In this document: one piece after another, positions 37,668-46,508 of the stretch
How positions within the stretch are numbered: position 1 is the first letter of the stretch
How the letters are laid out: the number at the start of each line of letters is the position of its first letter
Virus record (IMG/VR): IMGVR_UViG_3300021255_002065
Coordinates: 64,001-128,000 of that record
Direction: 5' to 3' (one strand)
Length of the DNA stretch: 64,000 bases
Origin: a virus
Taxonomy: Duplodnaviria; Caudoviricetes
Notes under the pieces: generated by a model
Told to the model about the DNA's origin: nothing
Seen by the model: only the letters and a program-made list of their open reading frames with translations
The model's database searches: none
Position numbers and translations under genes: made by a program

Positions 37668-40463
37668 TTAAATCCATCCACCATAATCATATCCATGACG
37701 ATTCATGGGATGTAATGGTGCGGCTTTTTGCAACGAATTCGTTGTCACATTTGTTGCTTTCTCTACCATCTTACGACGGATTCTCATGAGTTGATATTTC
37801 TCCTCATGTTTCCCTTCTGCATTGGCTCGACGAATCTTATCATCGATAATCTCCAATTCTGTTACAAAATCCTTTTGGACTTCTTTCTTCATACGATCAC
37901 GGTTTGCAAATTGAATTGCTCCCCGACCAAGTGCAAGACATCCAATCAATGGACCAAGTGCAAATGCAACAGTGTACATGCCAAGATCCGTTGCAATACG
38001 GAAAACTTTACGAACGAGTGTTCGATAATTTTTATCTTCCACCATTCGTGCTTTCTGTTCGTTTTCATCTCGAGCCAGAATTGTGTCAACTTGTTTGGTG
38101 ACCCAATCACGTGTTCGTTCAAAGGGTTGACCAATTGCTTTCACAGTATTCTGAGCTTGGATAAATCCTTTCTTGGCTTTCTCTTGTTTATCCAGTAACT
38201 TGCGATCGAAATCTTGTGCTTTTACCATAAGACTTTCATGAGGTTTTGGATTATAATCGGGAATCAATCCCATATCAGCACCAAATCCACCGACAAGAGA
38301 ACCGGCGACTTTGGAGGCACCTTCTTCAACTAATAGGGGCTCTTTGGAATTTAACATATCAAATACTTCTTGAATGCTTTTGCCGGTGGAAAATGTGGCA
38401 TCATTCATTTGGTTCTGATCACTTGTATCCATAAGATTAGAGGAAGATGTGTCATTATTATAATTGTTTGATCCCCTGTTTTGGTAGGGGTTGAATCCAC
38501 GTCGATAACGATTGTTTGAAGTTCCACCCGTCGTCTTATTAATGGATCGATCAACTGTATTGGTGGAGGTACCACCCGTTGTTTTATTTTGAGAACGATC
38601 AGTTGTGATGTTATGAGAATCGGTTGTATTGGTAGTATTGTTGGAGTTGTTGTAGTTGTATGTGATGTTATACACGATATGTGAGTTTTGGTCTTTTGGT
38701 GTCACCTCAGCAGTTGCGCCGAATCCATCTTCTAAATTCATATCACCATTTTCATCCGGTTGTACTTCGTCCACACGATCTTCAATAGAATTGATTAATG
38801 TGTTGATATCATTTGTGGGAACACCTTCTGGAAGAGGTGCTTCTTCTACATCGATATCTGGTTTCTCTGTATTTTTAATACGGTCTTGCATGTACGCTGG
38901 CACTTTACCATCAATCTCATATCCAAGTGATTCACCAATGAATTCCAATAAATCATTTTCGGACAATCCGGCATTGTATGCTTTATCTGGTAATGTGGAA
39001 ATATCCATGTGACAAGCTTCTCTGATGACTTTACCAATATATGGATAATCACCCATATCAAAATCCCCAAGTGATGTAATCATGGTAAGTGCTTGTTCTG
39101 ACACTTTAGATGATGTGAGTTTCACCGGTTTCATTTTGTCATCGTCTTTTGCTTTCGTATAAGGTGTTGCTTTATTGGAATTATCATTAATACGAGCACG
39201 GACAGATTTCACAAATCCATCTTCGGTTTCAAACTCATCTTTCTTTTCAGATTGGGGTAATACATTATATAGGATATCCAGATAGATACGAGAATCAAAG
39301 ATATTAAACAGAACAAGCAATGTGTGATTGGAGATATATGCTTGTGGATCAGATACCAATCTCAGAGATAAGAAGTCTTCCAAGAATTTAATGGTTCCTT
39401 CTTTATCTGCTTTGAATGTGGTGAATAAATCATAATCCTTAAACCGTTTTACATTCTTATCTTGATCAATAATGGAATCGTAAGAATCCGTATATTTCTT
39501 CAGATTCTTTTCATTGAATAAACGATCTCTGAATAATGCGGGATCCATAAATACACGTGCAAGAATTGATGGTAATACCATAGATGTATAATCATCCGGA
39601 TTTACATGATTCTTACGATCATTCAACCAATTCTTTACATCCTCTGGTGTATTGCATTCACGTAATCCTGCAATCAGTTTCTTAATCACAGAAACAAACT
39701 GTTGGGATGGTTGAAAACGATTCTGATGATAACGAATATGATTGGGATTAATCATGGAAAAGAAATTGATTTCTGCTTGTTCGTTAAAGGATTCTTCTTT
39801 TGTAATCTCAACGGAAATATCCCGATGTTCTTTAAAACGTTTTAGTTCAGATTCCAATTTCATTGTTTTTGGTAATTGAATCTGATCCGTACGGAAGATT
39901 CCCTTGACATAGGTTTCTCCATCAAAAATACGAAATATATTTCTATCACCAATAATATCACGAATATCACTCAATGACAATTCGGAATCGAATATCGATA
40001 ATGGTCTTTGATAATGCGATGGTGTTGTGAATAATGTCATATCACATATGCCATCTAACAATTGATTGAATTCCGTTTTGTGAGAATCAATAGTTTGTGT
40101 CATTTGATATGCGATATAAGAATGAATCTTTCCCATATCCGTGTCATCATTCTCATCAGACAAGGTGTCCATTACATCTTCATAGTTACCAAGCTTTTGT
40201 GGGATATCTCGAATTTCATCCAATGCTTCTTCAATACGAGATCCATCGTGAAACCACGATGGATCAATGCGATTAAACCATTTTATCATATTAAACAGAG
40301 ATGGTTCCAACTCTTCATCATTATCTTCATCTAGATCGGGGAAATCTTTTGTCTTAAATCCAGATTGTACAAATTTACGAATGGCATCTGCTGCAGCTTT
40401 CATTTCTTCCATATAATCCGAGTCAACATGCATTTCCAATGTGTTTTCAGTTGTTGCTGCCAT
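37668..40463 (-). CDS. Large head-associated protein
   Basis: 931 aa; N/T-rich DRSxNKTTGGTS duplication; C-terminal hydrophobic hairpin and coiled coil. Confidence 0.55.
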   Translation of the reverse strand: MAATTENTLEMHVDSDYMEEMKAAADAIRKFVQSGFKTKDFPDLDEDNDEELEPSLFNMIKWFNRIDPSWFHDGSRIEEALDEIRDIPQKLGNYEDVMDTLSDENDDTDMGKIHSYIAYQMTQTIDSHKTEFNQLLDGICDMTLFTTPSHYQRPLSIFDSELSLSDIRDIIGDRNIFRIFDGETYVKGIFRTDQIQLPKTMKLESELKRFKEHRDISVEITKEESFNEQAEINFFSMINPNHIRYHQNRFQPSQQFVSVIKKLIAGLRECNTPEDVKNWLNDRKNHVNPDDYTSMVLPSILARVFMDPALFRDRLFNEKNLKKYTDSYDSIIDQDKNVKRFKDYDLFTTFKADKEGTIKFLEDFLSLRLVSDPQAYISNHTLLVLFNIFDSRIYLDILYNVLPQSEKKDEFETEDGFVKSVRARINDNSNKATPYTKAKDDDKMKPVKLTSSKVSEQALTMITSLGDFDMGDYPYIGKVIREACHMDISTLPDKAYNAGLSENDLLEFIGESLGYEIDGKVPAYMQDRIKNTEKPDIDVEEAPLPEGVPTNDINTLINSIEDRVDEVQPDENGDMNLEDGFGATAEVTPKDQNSHIVYNITYNYNNSNNTTNTTDSHNITTDRSQNKTTGGTSTNTVDRSINKTTGGTSNNRYRRGFNPYQNRGSNNYNNDTSSSNLMDTSDQNQMNDATFSTGKSIQEVFDMLNSKEPLLVEEGASKVAGSLVGGFGADMGLIPDYNPKPHESLMVKAQDFDRKLLDKQEKAKKGFIQAQNTVKAIGQPFERTRDWVTKQVDTILARDENEQKARMVEDKNYRTLVRKVFRIATDLGMYTVAFALGPLIGCLALGRGAIQFANRDRMKKEVQKDFVTELEIIDDKIRRANAEGKHEEKYQLMRIRRKMVEKATNVTTNSLQKAAPLHPMNRHGYDYGGWI

Positions 40464-40466
40464 TCA

Positions 40467-41309
40467 TTACACTCCCCTTAAAATAGATAATGCTTCACGA
40501 CGAATATCCGTTGGTAATGGAATCCACATTTTTGTCATGTCTTGTTGTTCCACAACAATGTTACCGTCTTTAATTCCCATGATTTCATCATTGGAAATTT
40601 GGAATGATTCACAAACAACCTTTAGTGTTTCAGATTGATCATGACAATAATCCGCAAGATCTTTGAGGAATAGTGTTTCTGTTGCGGCTTCCATATACTT
40701 TGCTTCAATATCCGCATCCGCACCCACATGAGATGGGAAGTCAACCATATCCCATGTGATTACCTTTGTGACTCTCATGTTCGGTTGATTACGTGGTGCA
40801 TTCGGAATCATATTTCCCAACAAACGTACGGAGAATGAGGGTACGATTCCCAAATCAATGACTTCAGAAGATGCACAGATTCCGGCCTTTGTGCCGGGAT
40901 GTGTTGTAATTCTTCCTTTGTACTTGGAACCCTCCAAACGGGGATGTGAAATAAAGTGCGAGGAATTCAATGGTTCAGGAATCGTCATACGAATATCCGA
41001 ATATTGTTGTCCTTTGATATCTGGATTGGGGTGATTGAGTTCACCTCTCCATTTATTCTGCTTCAATAATGTTTGGATTCTTTCATCATTATCAATGACA
41101 GAACAAACATTGTGTGCATCATATCTTCTACCCATTCGATTATAACAATCAAATGTTTGTAGTGTTGCTTCAAAGATACAGAAAGGCTGTCCAGTTGTTG
41201 CTTTTTTCACAATATAACCACCTTTCTCCATTTCAGAAGATTGTGGTGATTCTTGAATAAAACATGCTGTATTATATTTAGAAGAAGCACTTTGTGTAGA
41301 TTTTCTCAT
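40467..41309 (-). CDS. Prohead core protease (T4 gp21-like)
   Basis: N..GRRY, GELNHP (His), FSVR (Ser) and WDMVDFPSH motifs. Confidence 0.85.
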   Translation of the reverse strand: MRKSTQSASSKYNTACFIQESPQSSEMEKGGYIVKKATTGQPFCIFEATLQTFDCYNRMGRRYDAHNVCSVIDNDERIQTLLKQNKWRGELNHPNPDIKGQQYSDIRMTIPEPLNSSHFISHPRLEGSKYKGRITTHPGTKAGICASSEVIDLGIVPSFSVRLLGNMIPNAPRNQPNMRVTKVITWDMVDFPSHVGADADIEAKYMEAATETLFLKDLADYCHDQSETLKVVCESFQISNDEIMGIKDGNIVVEQQDMTKMWIPLPTDIRREALSILRGV

Positions 41310-41328
41310 AATGGGTTCTCTCCTTTCT

Positions 41329-42522
41329 TTAATTTCTAACTTGATTAATTTTTAGAATGATAAATGTTGCCAGTAAACAAATATATGCTTTCGCCAATAA
41401 ATCAGAACATTTATATTTCTTACAGAACGGATCGATTACCGGTTTACCAGGAATGGCACGATCAATTGCCGTTGGCATTTTCGTGATACGAGAGATGTAT
41501 GCGGTTGAATTAATATCATCAATGGAATGGTGTTCTTTGACAATAAATACATAAAAAATCAAATCAATGATATTGGCAATGTCTTTGGTTTCTACACGTT
41601 GTGCCAATTCGTATAATTCATCTGCACGAACATTCTTTTGTTCTGCGGTGGCTTTATACAATTTGCTCTTTGTCCGATAATCTCGATCATTCGTTGTAAT
41701 CAAACGAACCAAATTGTTTCGGAGTGTTGTGGTATTCGAAGTGGTTACATAATCTTCGTCACCTTTTAAGTCATCACCAATCGCATGATCTGGGTCTTGA
41801 ATATCTTTATAATATCGACTTGCCAAGGTTCTCATATTTTGTTGGAATGAGGTTCGTACACGGTTTAAAAATCCAACCATGATATTGATACTCATCTCCA
41901 ATGTCATCTTAGATCTCCAATATGCAAAACAGGTTTCGGTTGTTGTCCCAATCCAGTTCATGATATTCTCGCTCTTCACCAATCCCCATGAGTTATCCAA
42001 ATGCATATACGTATATGTCATAACCGGAATCGATGGTTCTGCGTCTGGGAAAGAATGGTTGAATACCAAACCATATGTTGTCAAACCCAATTGTTGTTTT
42101 GCGGAATCACGTAATTCACGATGCAATACTTGGTCTGCATACACTAATGCGACGGCATGAATGATATTTGTTGGAGTCGCTGTTAATGTTTTGAAGTCTG
42201 TCTTATCTGAGACCTCTTTCAATACATCTTTAAATGTTTCTTTCAAAGAAGCATTGGTGAATCCAAATAATGACACACATCTATCAACATATAATCTTGG
42301 ATAAGAAACTCGCTTTGTTGGGAATTCTTTCGCTAACATATTTGCATTTGCATCCAAGAATTCCGTACCCAATGCAATATATTCTTTTCTACCTTTTGGG
42401 GTTTCTAACACTTTCACAATTGGATTCATGATTTCGGTACAAAAGGCAGACGATGTGTCTGCCGTTTCTTGTAACCATATTGTCATTTCATGTTCGGTGC
42501 ATTCTTGTTCCATGAAATACAT
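41329..42522 (-). CDS. Hypothetical protein
   Basis: 397-aa ORF in the morphogenesis operon; N-terminal YFME and WLQE sites. Confidence 0.6.
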   Translation of the reverse strand: MYFMEQECTEHEMTIWLQETADTSSAFCTEIMNPIVKVLETPKGRKEYIALGTEFLDANANMLAKEFPTKRVSYPRLYVDRCVSLFGFTNASLKETFKDVLKEVSDKTDFKTLTATPTNIIHAVALVYADQVLHRELRDSAKQQLGLTTYGLVFNHSFPDAEPSIPVMTYTYMHLDNSWGLVKSENIMNWIGTTTETCFAYWRSKMTLEMSINIMVGFLNRVRTSFQQNMRTLASRYYKDIQDPDHAIGDDLKGDEDYVTTSNTTTLRNNLVRLITTNDRDYRTKSKLYKATAEQKNVRADELYELAQRVETKDIANIIDLIFYVFIVKEHHSIDDINSTAYISRITKMPTAIDRAIPGKPVIDPFCKKYKCSDLLAKAYICLLATFIILKINQVRN

Positions 42523-42534
42523 TAGAATCCCACC

Positions 42535-43023
42535 TTATCTATTTCTTTTCTTTTTCTTCTTATAGTATGTCTGAGGTTCTGCTTCGGTAGTTTCTTCAAT
42601 TGTGATTTCTGGAGTTTCATACGGCTCCTGTTCCACTTCTATCACATTACCAATTTTCTCAGATGTAGATGTGACTTCAACAACGACATCTGGTGTTTCG
42701 ATTTCCAAATCTGGTGATGTTTCAACTGTTACTTCAGGAACTGTTTTTTCAATGACTGGTTCTGGTGCTTTCACCACTTTCTTGGGTTCCACCTTTTTGG
42801 GAACTTCAATCGGGGTTGTCAATTTCGTTACTTCCTCTGGTTTTTTGAAGAAATCATTCACGTTTTTCTTTGTAATCAATAAACCGGTGACAGCATCACC
42901 GATTCTAAGTCTTTCAAAATTCACGAGTCTTCTGATTTCTGCTTCAGAAAGTTCTACATCATATTTTGGTGCAAGTGTGCCAATTCCGGGGATGACACCT
43001 TTTCCTAAGATATTTACTTTCAT
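42535..43023 (-). CDS. Hypothetical protein (E/V/T-rich, basic C-terminus)
   Basis: AAGGAGGT RBS; ends KKKKKRNR. Confidence 0.65.
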   Translation of the reverse strand: MKVNILGKGVIPGIGTLAPKYDVELSEAEIRRLVNFERLRIGDAVTGLLITKKNVNDFFKKPEEVTKLTTPIEVPKKVEPKKVVKAPEPVIEKTVPEVTVETSPDLEIETPDVVVEVTSTSEKIGNVIEVEQEPYETPEITIEETTEAEPQTYYKKKKKRNR

Positions 43024-43040
43024 GAGATTACCTCCTTCTG

Positions 43041-43778
43041 TTAATCACGTCCCATGATGGAACGTACCTTATCAATTGAATAATATGCTTCTGATACAAG
43101 GTCTGTTTTAATACCCATACACATGAAATATACATCTGCTTTTAGAATGGATGGTTTATCATAAACGCCTGTCTTACAATCTTCCAATTTGCAATTACCT
43201 GTTTCGGCAATTTGTTGTAACATGTTATCATATTCTTCCACATTATCCGCACGAGCACCCAAGAATTCGGACATGACAAGATCTGCACCCATTCCCGCAA
43301 GAACTTCATTTTCGATTGGTGTCATCACACCACCCTTAGAGTCACCTTTCAAACGACCTGTGGATTCATCACGATCTTTATCGTCATATGTCAAACCAGT
43401 TTTCTTAGCAACCATTTGCTGTACACGTTTGATATTCAGGTATCCAACCAATACAGGTTGTTTCGAACGATATGGTCTGTTCGGATCTTTGGATACATGT
43501 GGTAGGTAGATATATTCAAATATGGGTACTTTCAAAAACTCTGCAGCTTTGGTAACGTTCTCGAATTTTAAAATTCGAGAACCATCACCAAATTCTTCAA
43601 TATCCAGCCGGAAATTAGACTTCTCATCTTTCAAGAAATCCGTAATCCATTTGTTGAATTGTGGGTCTGACATACCATTGAACATATCTGCATATTTCTT
43701 TGCGTTAATGTTAGTGGGATCTAATAGCTGCATGGTTTTGATAACGAGATCTTGTATCTTTTTACGTTTGTCTGTCAT
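43041..43778 (-). CDS. Stand-alone RNA polymerase beta C-terminal subunit (split multisubunit phage RNAP)
   Basis: PVLVGYLNIKRVQQMVAKK...TGRLKGDSKGG...ENEVLAGMGA...EFLGARADN parallels the RpoB C-terminal VG.MY..KL.H....K...TQQP.GG...E..AL.AYGA...E.LT.KSDD pattern. Confidence 0.7.
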   Translation of the reverse strand: MTDKRKKIQDLVIKTMQLLDPTNINAKKYADMFNGMSDPQFNKWITDFLKDEKSNFRLDIEEFGDGSRILKFENVTKAAEFLKVPIFEYIYLPHVSKDPNRPYRSKQPVLVGYLNIKRVQQMVAKKTGLTYDDKDRDESTGRLKGDSKGGVMTPIENEVLAGMGADLVMSEFLGARADNVEEYDNMLQQIAETGNCKLEDCKTGVYDKPSILKADVYFMCMGIKTDLVSEAYYSIDKVRSIMGRD

Positions 43779-43800
43779 ACAGTATCACTTTCTTTCGTGA

Positions 43801-44871
43801 TCAACGAATGTCGCTTGGTGTAATTGAAGAGTGTGCATGTTGGTTAATAAATGTTTTAACCGCACTTTGAATCTTATTACAGCTAATATACCAACGCACG
43901 ATGTTACCATGATCATTCCAATATAATTCAATACGGCATTTTGAATTGTCGTCCTTATCTTCATCTCTGATGATTGCATCAATACCACTTCTTGATGCAG
44001 GTTTCTGTGTGAACACATTATCCAACTCTTCGAAAAACCGATTTAATGTCAAATTGTCAATAATCGGACGACGTTGATCATCACGACTGAAAAGTGGTGA
44101 TGCTTGTTGACGTGCACCGTTGATCAACACATTCGCAATTGTTTGTATAATTCTCATTTCTTCCACGAAACAATTTCCAAGAATTGTCATAACGTGTGCA
44201 TATTGTTGTGTCATATTTCGAGAATCTTGGAGTTGTTTCTCATCCAATTCCGTATCACGAATGACACGGATGGCTTCTCTTGACTTTACCAAATTATCAT
44301 ACACATCATTGATGGCATAGTCAATGATATTATCAATGATTTGATCAAGAATTTTGAGATTTTGTGCAACTGGTATCATCCGAACATTGTTTGCCGTCAT
44401 TCTCTGATATGCACGATGTAATCGATCCATATATCGATTTGCTGCTGTTACATGACCTGCCACATTTCGATCATATAATGTTTTCACATGACCATCTGTA
44501 ATCATCTTGACAAGTTGACTGTTGTTGAAATCATGAAGTACACTGATTACATTTTTATTCAACCATGCCATATCCCAAAAGATGGTACTCATATGCTCGT
44601 CTCCATCCGGTGTATGTGTATTTGCATAACGAGAATCTTTCTTCATCTTTTCCAAGCGTTTCTTTGCACGAGTCAATTGTCCTTTACGAATCCATCCAAT
44701 AAATCTCGTGATAACTCTGGAAAAGAAATCAGCAGCTCGACGAATAATATTGACAGGTTGTGCAGCTTCCATGGTATATTCAGCCAATGCCATTTCTTTA
44801 ATCAAGTTATTACCCATTTCCAAAAGGACATTCGTTGCATAATATTCTTCCATTGTCTCGATACTTACCAT
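43801..44871 (-). CDS. Putative internal head protein, propeptide family
   Basis: NVLLEMGNNLIKEMALAEYTME/A then NIIRRAADFFSRVITRFIGWI. Confidence 0.6.
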   Translation of the reverse strand: MVSIETMEEYYATNVLLEMGNNLIKEMALAEYTMEAAQPVNIIRRAADFFSRVITRFIGWIRKGQLTRAKKRLEKMKKDSRYANTHTPDGDEHMSTIFWDMAWLNKNVISVLHDFNNSQLVKMITDGHVKTLYDRNVAGHVTAANRYMDRLHRAYQRMTANNVRMIPVAQNLKILDQIIDNIIDYAINDVYDNLVKSREAIRVIRDTELDEKQLQDSRNMTQQYAHVMTILGNCFVEEMRIIQTIANVLINGARQQASPLFSRDDQRRPIIDNLTLNRFFEELDNVFTQKPASRSGIDAIIRDEDKDDNSKCRIELYWNDHGNIVRWYISCNKIQSAVKTFINQHAHSSITPSDIR

Positions 44872-44874
44872 TTA

Positions 44875-46011
44875 TCACACCTCCTTTAATGAAGCCGGAT
44901 TATGGTCAGGACCCAGTGTCCATCTCATCCATTGTAAAATGATGACTTGAATTTGTGTTACATACATGAATGCACGACCAAGATCTGTCATGGCATGCAC
45001 ATATGCTTCTTGACGACGCTGGATATCTTGTGAACGATTCAGATTCTGGCTCGCCAAATTATGAGCTTGCTGTCTCATTTCTGGAATGCCTTTACGAATT
45101 AATTCCAAAGATTCTTTGATCGCTTGATTTGTCACAATGATGGAATCCAAGAAGACATCCACGTTACGTGCATCACCACGTTTTGCATGTTCGGCTTTCA
45201 TCTTAAGAATTTCACCAGTATTATTATGATCTACATAGTTTCCATTGTCACCTCTTGCTTTTGCAAGTTCGATATCCACATCACTGTCTTTACCAATATC
45301 ATGACGATGTTTCAATGGACCGTGACCGTTTATGCTACTTAGATGGCGGATTTCATCATAAGAATCTTGTAACTTCTCACGAAGCTTTCCGATATTTCTT
45401 GCAACTTTTACGAAATCGGAGCGCTGATCGAAAACTGTTACATTTGCATCAACTCCGTTTGCACGTGCAACAGCGTTGTTCGGAACAAACATGATCATAT
45501 AATACATTAATGTGTCACGTGTCGGACCACCCATGTGTGATGTATGCACGTTACCTCCAGCAGACAGACGAGGTTGTCCAAAATTAATTCCACTACCATT
45601 GGAATGGTGTTTTCCGATATCATTTAATCCAATCACATCTGATACGTTTTCTTTGTACCATTTGTAATCAACCATGATTCCTTCGAATACATCATTCTTT
45701 TTATAATTATCCAGATTGCGAATGCGTCTGGCAAGTTTGTCCGCATGTGCACTGAGAAAATGGGAACGGATTCTGTTGATGATACGAGCAAACCAATCAA
45801 TGATACGATTAATAGTTGGAACATGTCCGTCATCTTGTATTGTTTCATTATGACGTTTTTTGTTACTACTACCGCCTTCTTGGAAGATATCCGCTTCTTC
45901 CATATAATATTCTTTTACTAATTGAATACCGAGCTTATCCAGTGTCATCAATTCAGATTCCAACTGGAGATCACCAAGGTCTTCAAGTGTTGTTAAGATT
46001 TCTTCCGTCAT
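44875..46011 (-). CDS. Putative internal head protein, propeptide family
   Basis: ESELMTLDKLGIQLVKEYYM..IFQE/G then TINRIIDWFARIINRI. Confidence 0.6.
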   Translation of the reverse strand: MTEEILTTLEDLGDLQLESELMTLDKLGIQLVKEYYMEEADIFQEGGSSNKKRHNETIQDDGHVPTINRIIDWFARIINRIRSHFLSAHADKLARRIRNLDNYKKNDVFEGIMVDYKWYKENVSDVIGLNDIGKHHSNGSGINFGQPRLSAGGNVHTSHMGGPTRDTLMYYMIMFVPNNAVARANGVDANVTVFDQRSDFVKVARNIGKLREKLQDSYDEIRHLSSINGHGPLKHRHDIGKDSDVDIELAKARGDNGNYVDHNNTGEILKMKAEHAKRGDARNVDVFLDSIIVTNQAIKESLELIRKGIPEMRQQAHNLASQNLNRSQDIQRRQEAYVHAMTDLGRAFMYVTQIQVIILQWMRWTLGPDHNPASLKEV

Positions 46012-46025
46012 GTTAAATCACCTCT

Positions 46026-46508
46026 TTAATTAGATACTTGATATTTTCGGAGATATAATCGATTTAGTTTGTCATATGTGATACCAATAATCACTTCTGG
46101 TATTTCTGTATTTGCAGTAATGTAATCAGAACCTTTAATGACAACGCGTAACTCATTGCAAGATTGATATGTTTTATTGATATAGACTTCGATTTCAATC
46201 CCAGTTAATTCTAATCGATTACATTGATCATAGATTGCATTTTTTATCTTTGTCGGAATCGTATTATCATCAGAATATTCAAATAAATATTGTTCGATAT
46301 CAATTCCCAATTCAGGTATACTTGGATATTGACCCGGTTTCATCATCAGTAATGTGACAATGACATTACAACACATTTCAAATGTGGAAATGATTTTTGG
46401 TTTATGAAATTCATCAATATCCATGAGTGCATCATATCCAAGTAACTGAACTGTGGAAGGATATCTAGCATTGACTTCCGCCAAAGTGATTCCTTTTGTA
46501 TCAAGCAT
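46026..46508 (-). CDS. gp25-like baseplate wedge protein
   Basis: LLMMKPGQYPSIPELGIDIEQYLFE matches the gp25-type L.T..GE....P.FG......LFE pattern. Confidence 0.65.
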   Translation of the reverse strand: MLDTKGITLAEVNARYPSTVQLLGYDALMDIDEFHKPKIISTFEMCCNVIVTLLMMKPGQYPSIPELGIDIEQYLFEYSDDNTIPTKIKNAIYDQCNRLELTGIEIEVYINKTYQSCNELRVVIKGSDYITANTEIPEVIIGITYDKLNRLYLRKYQVSN

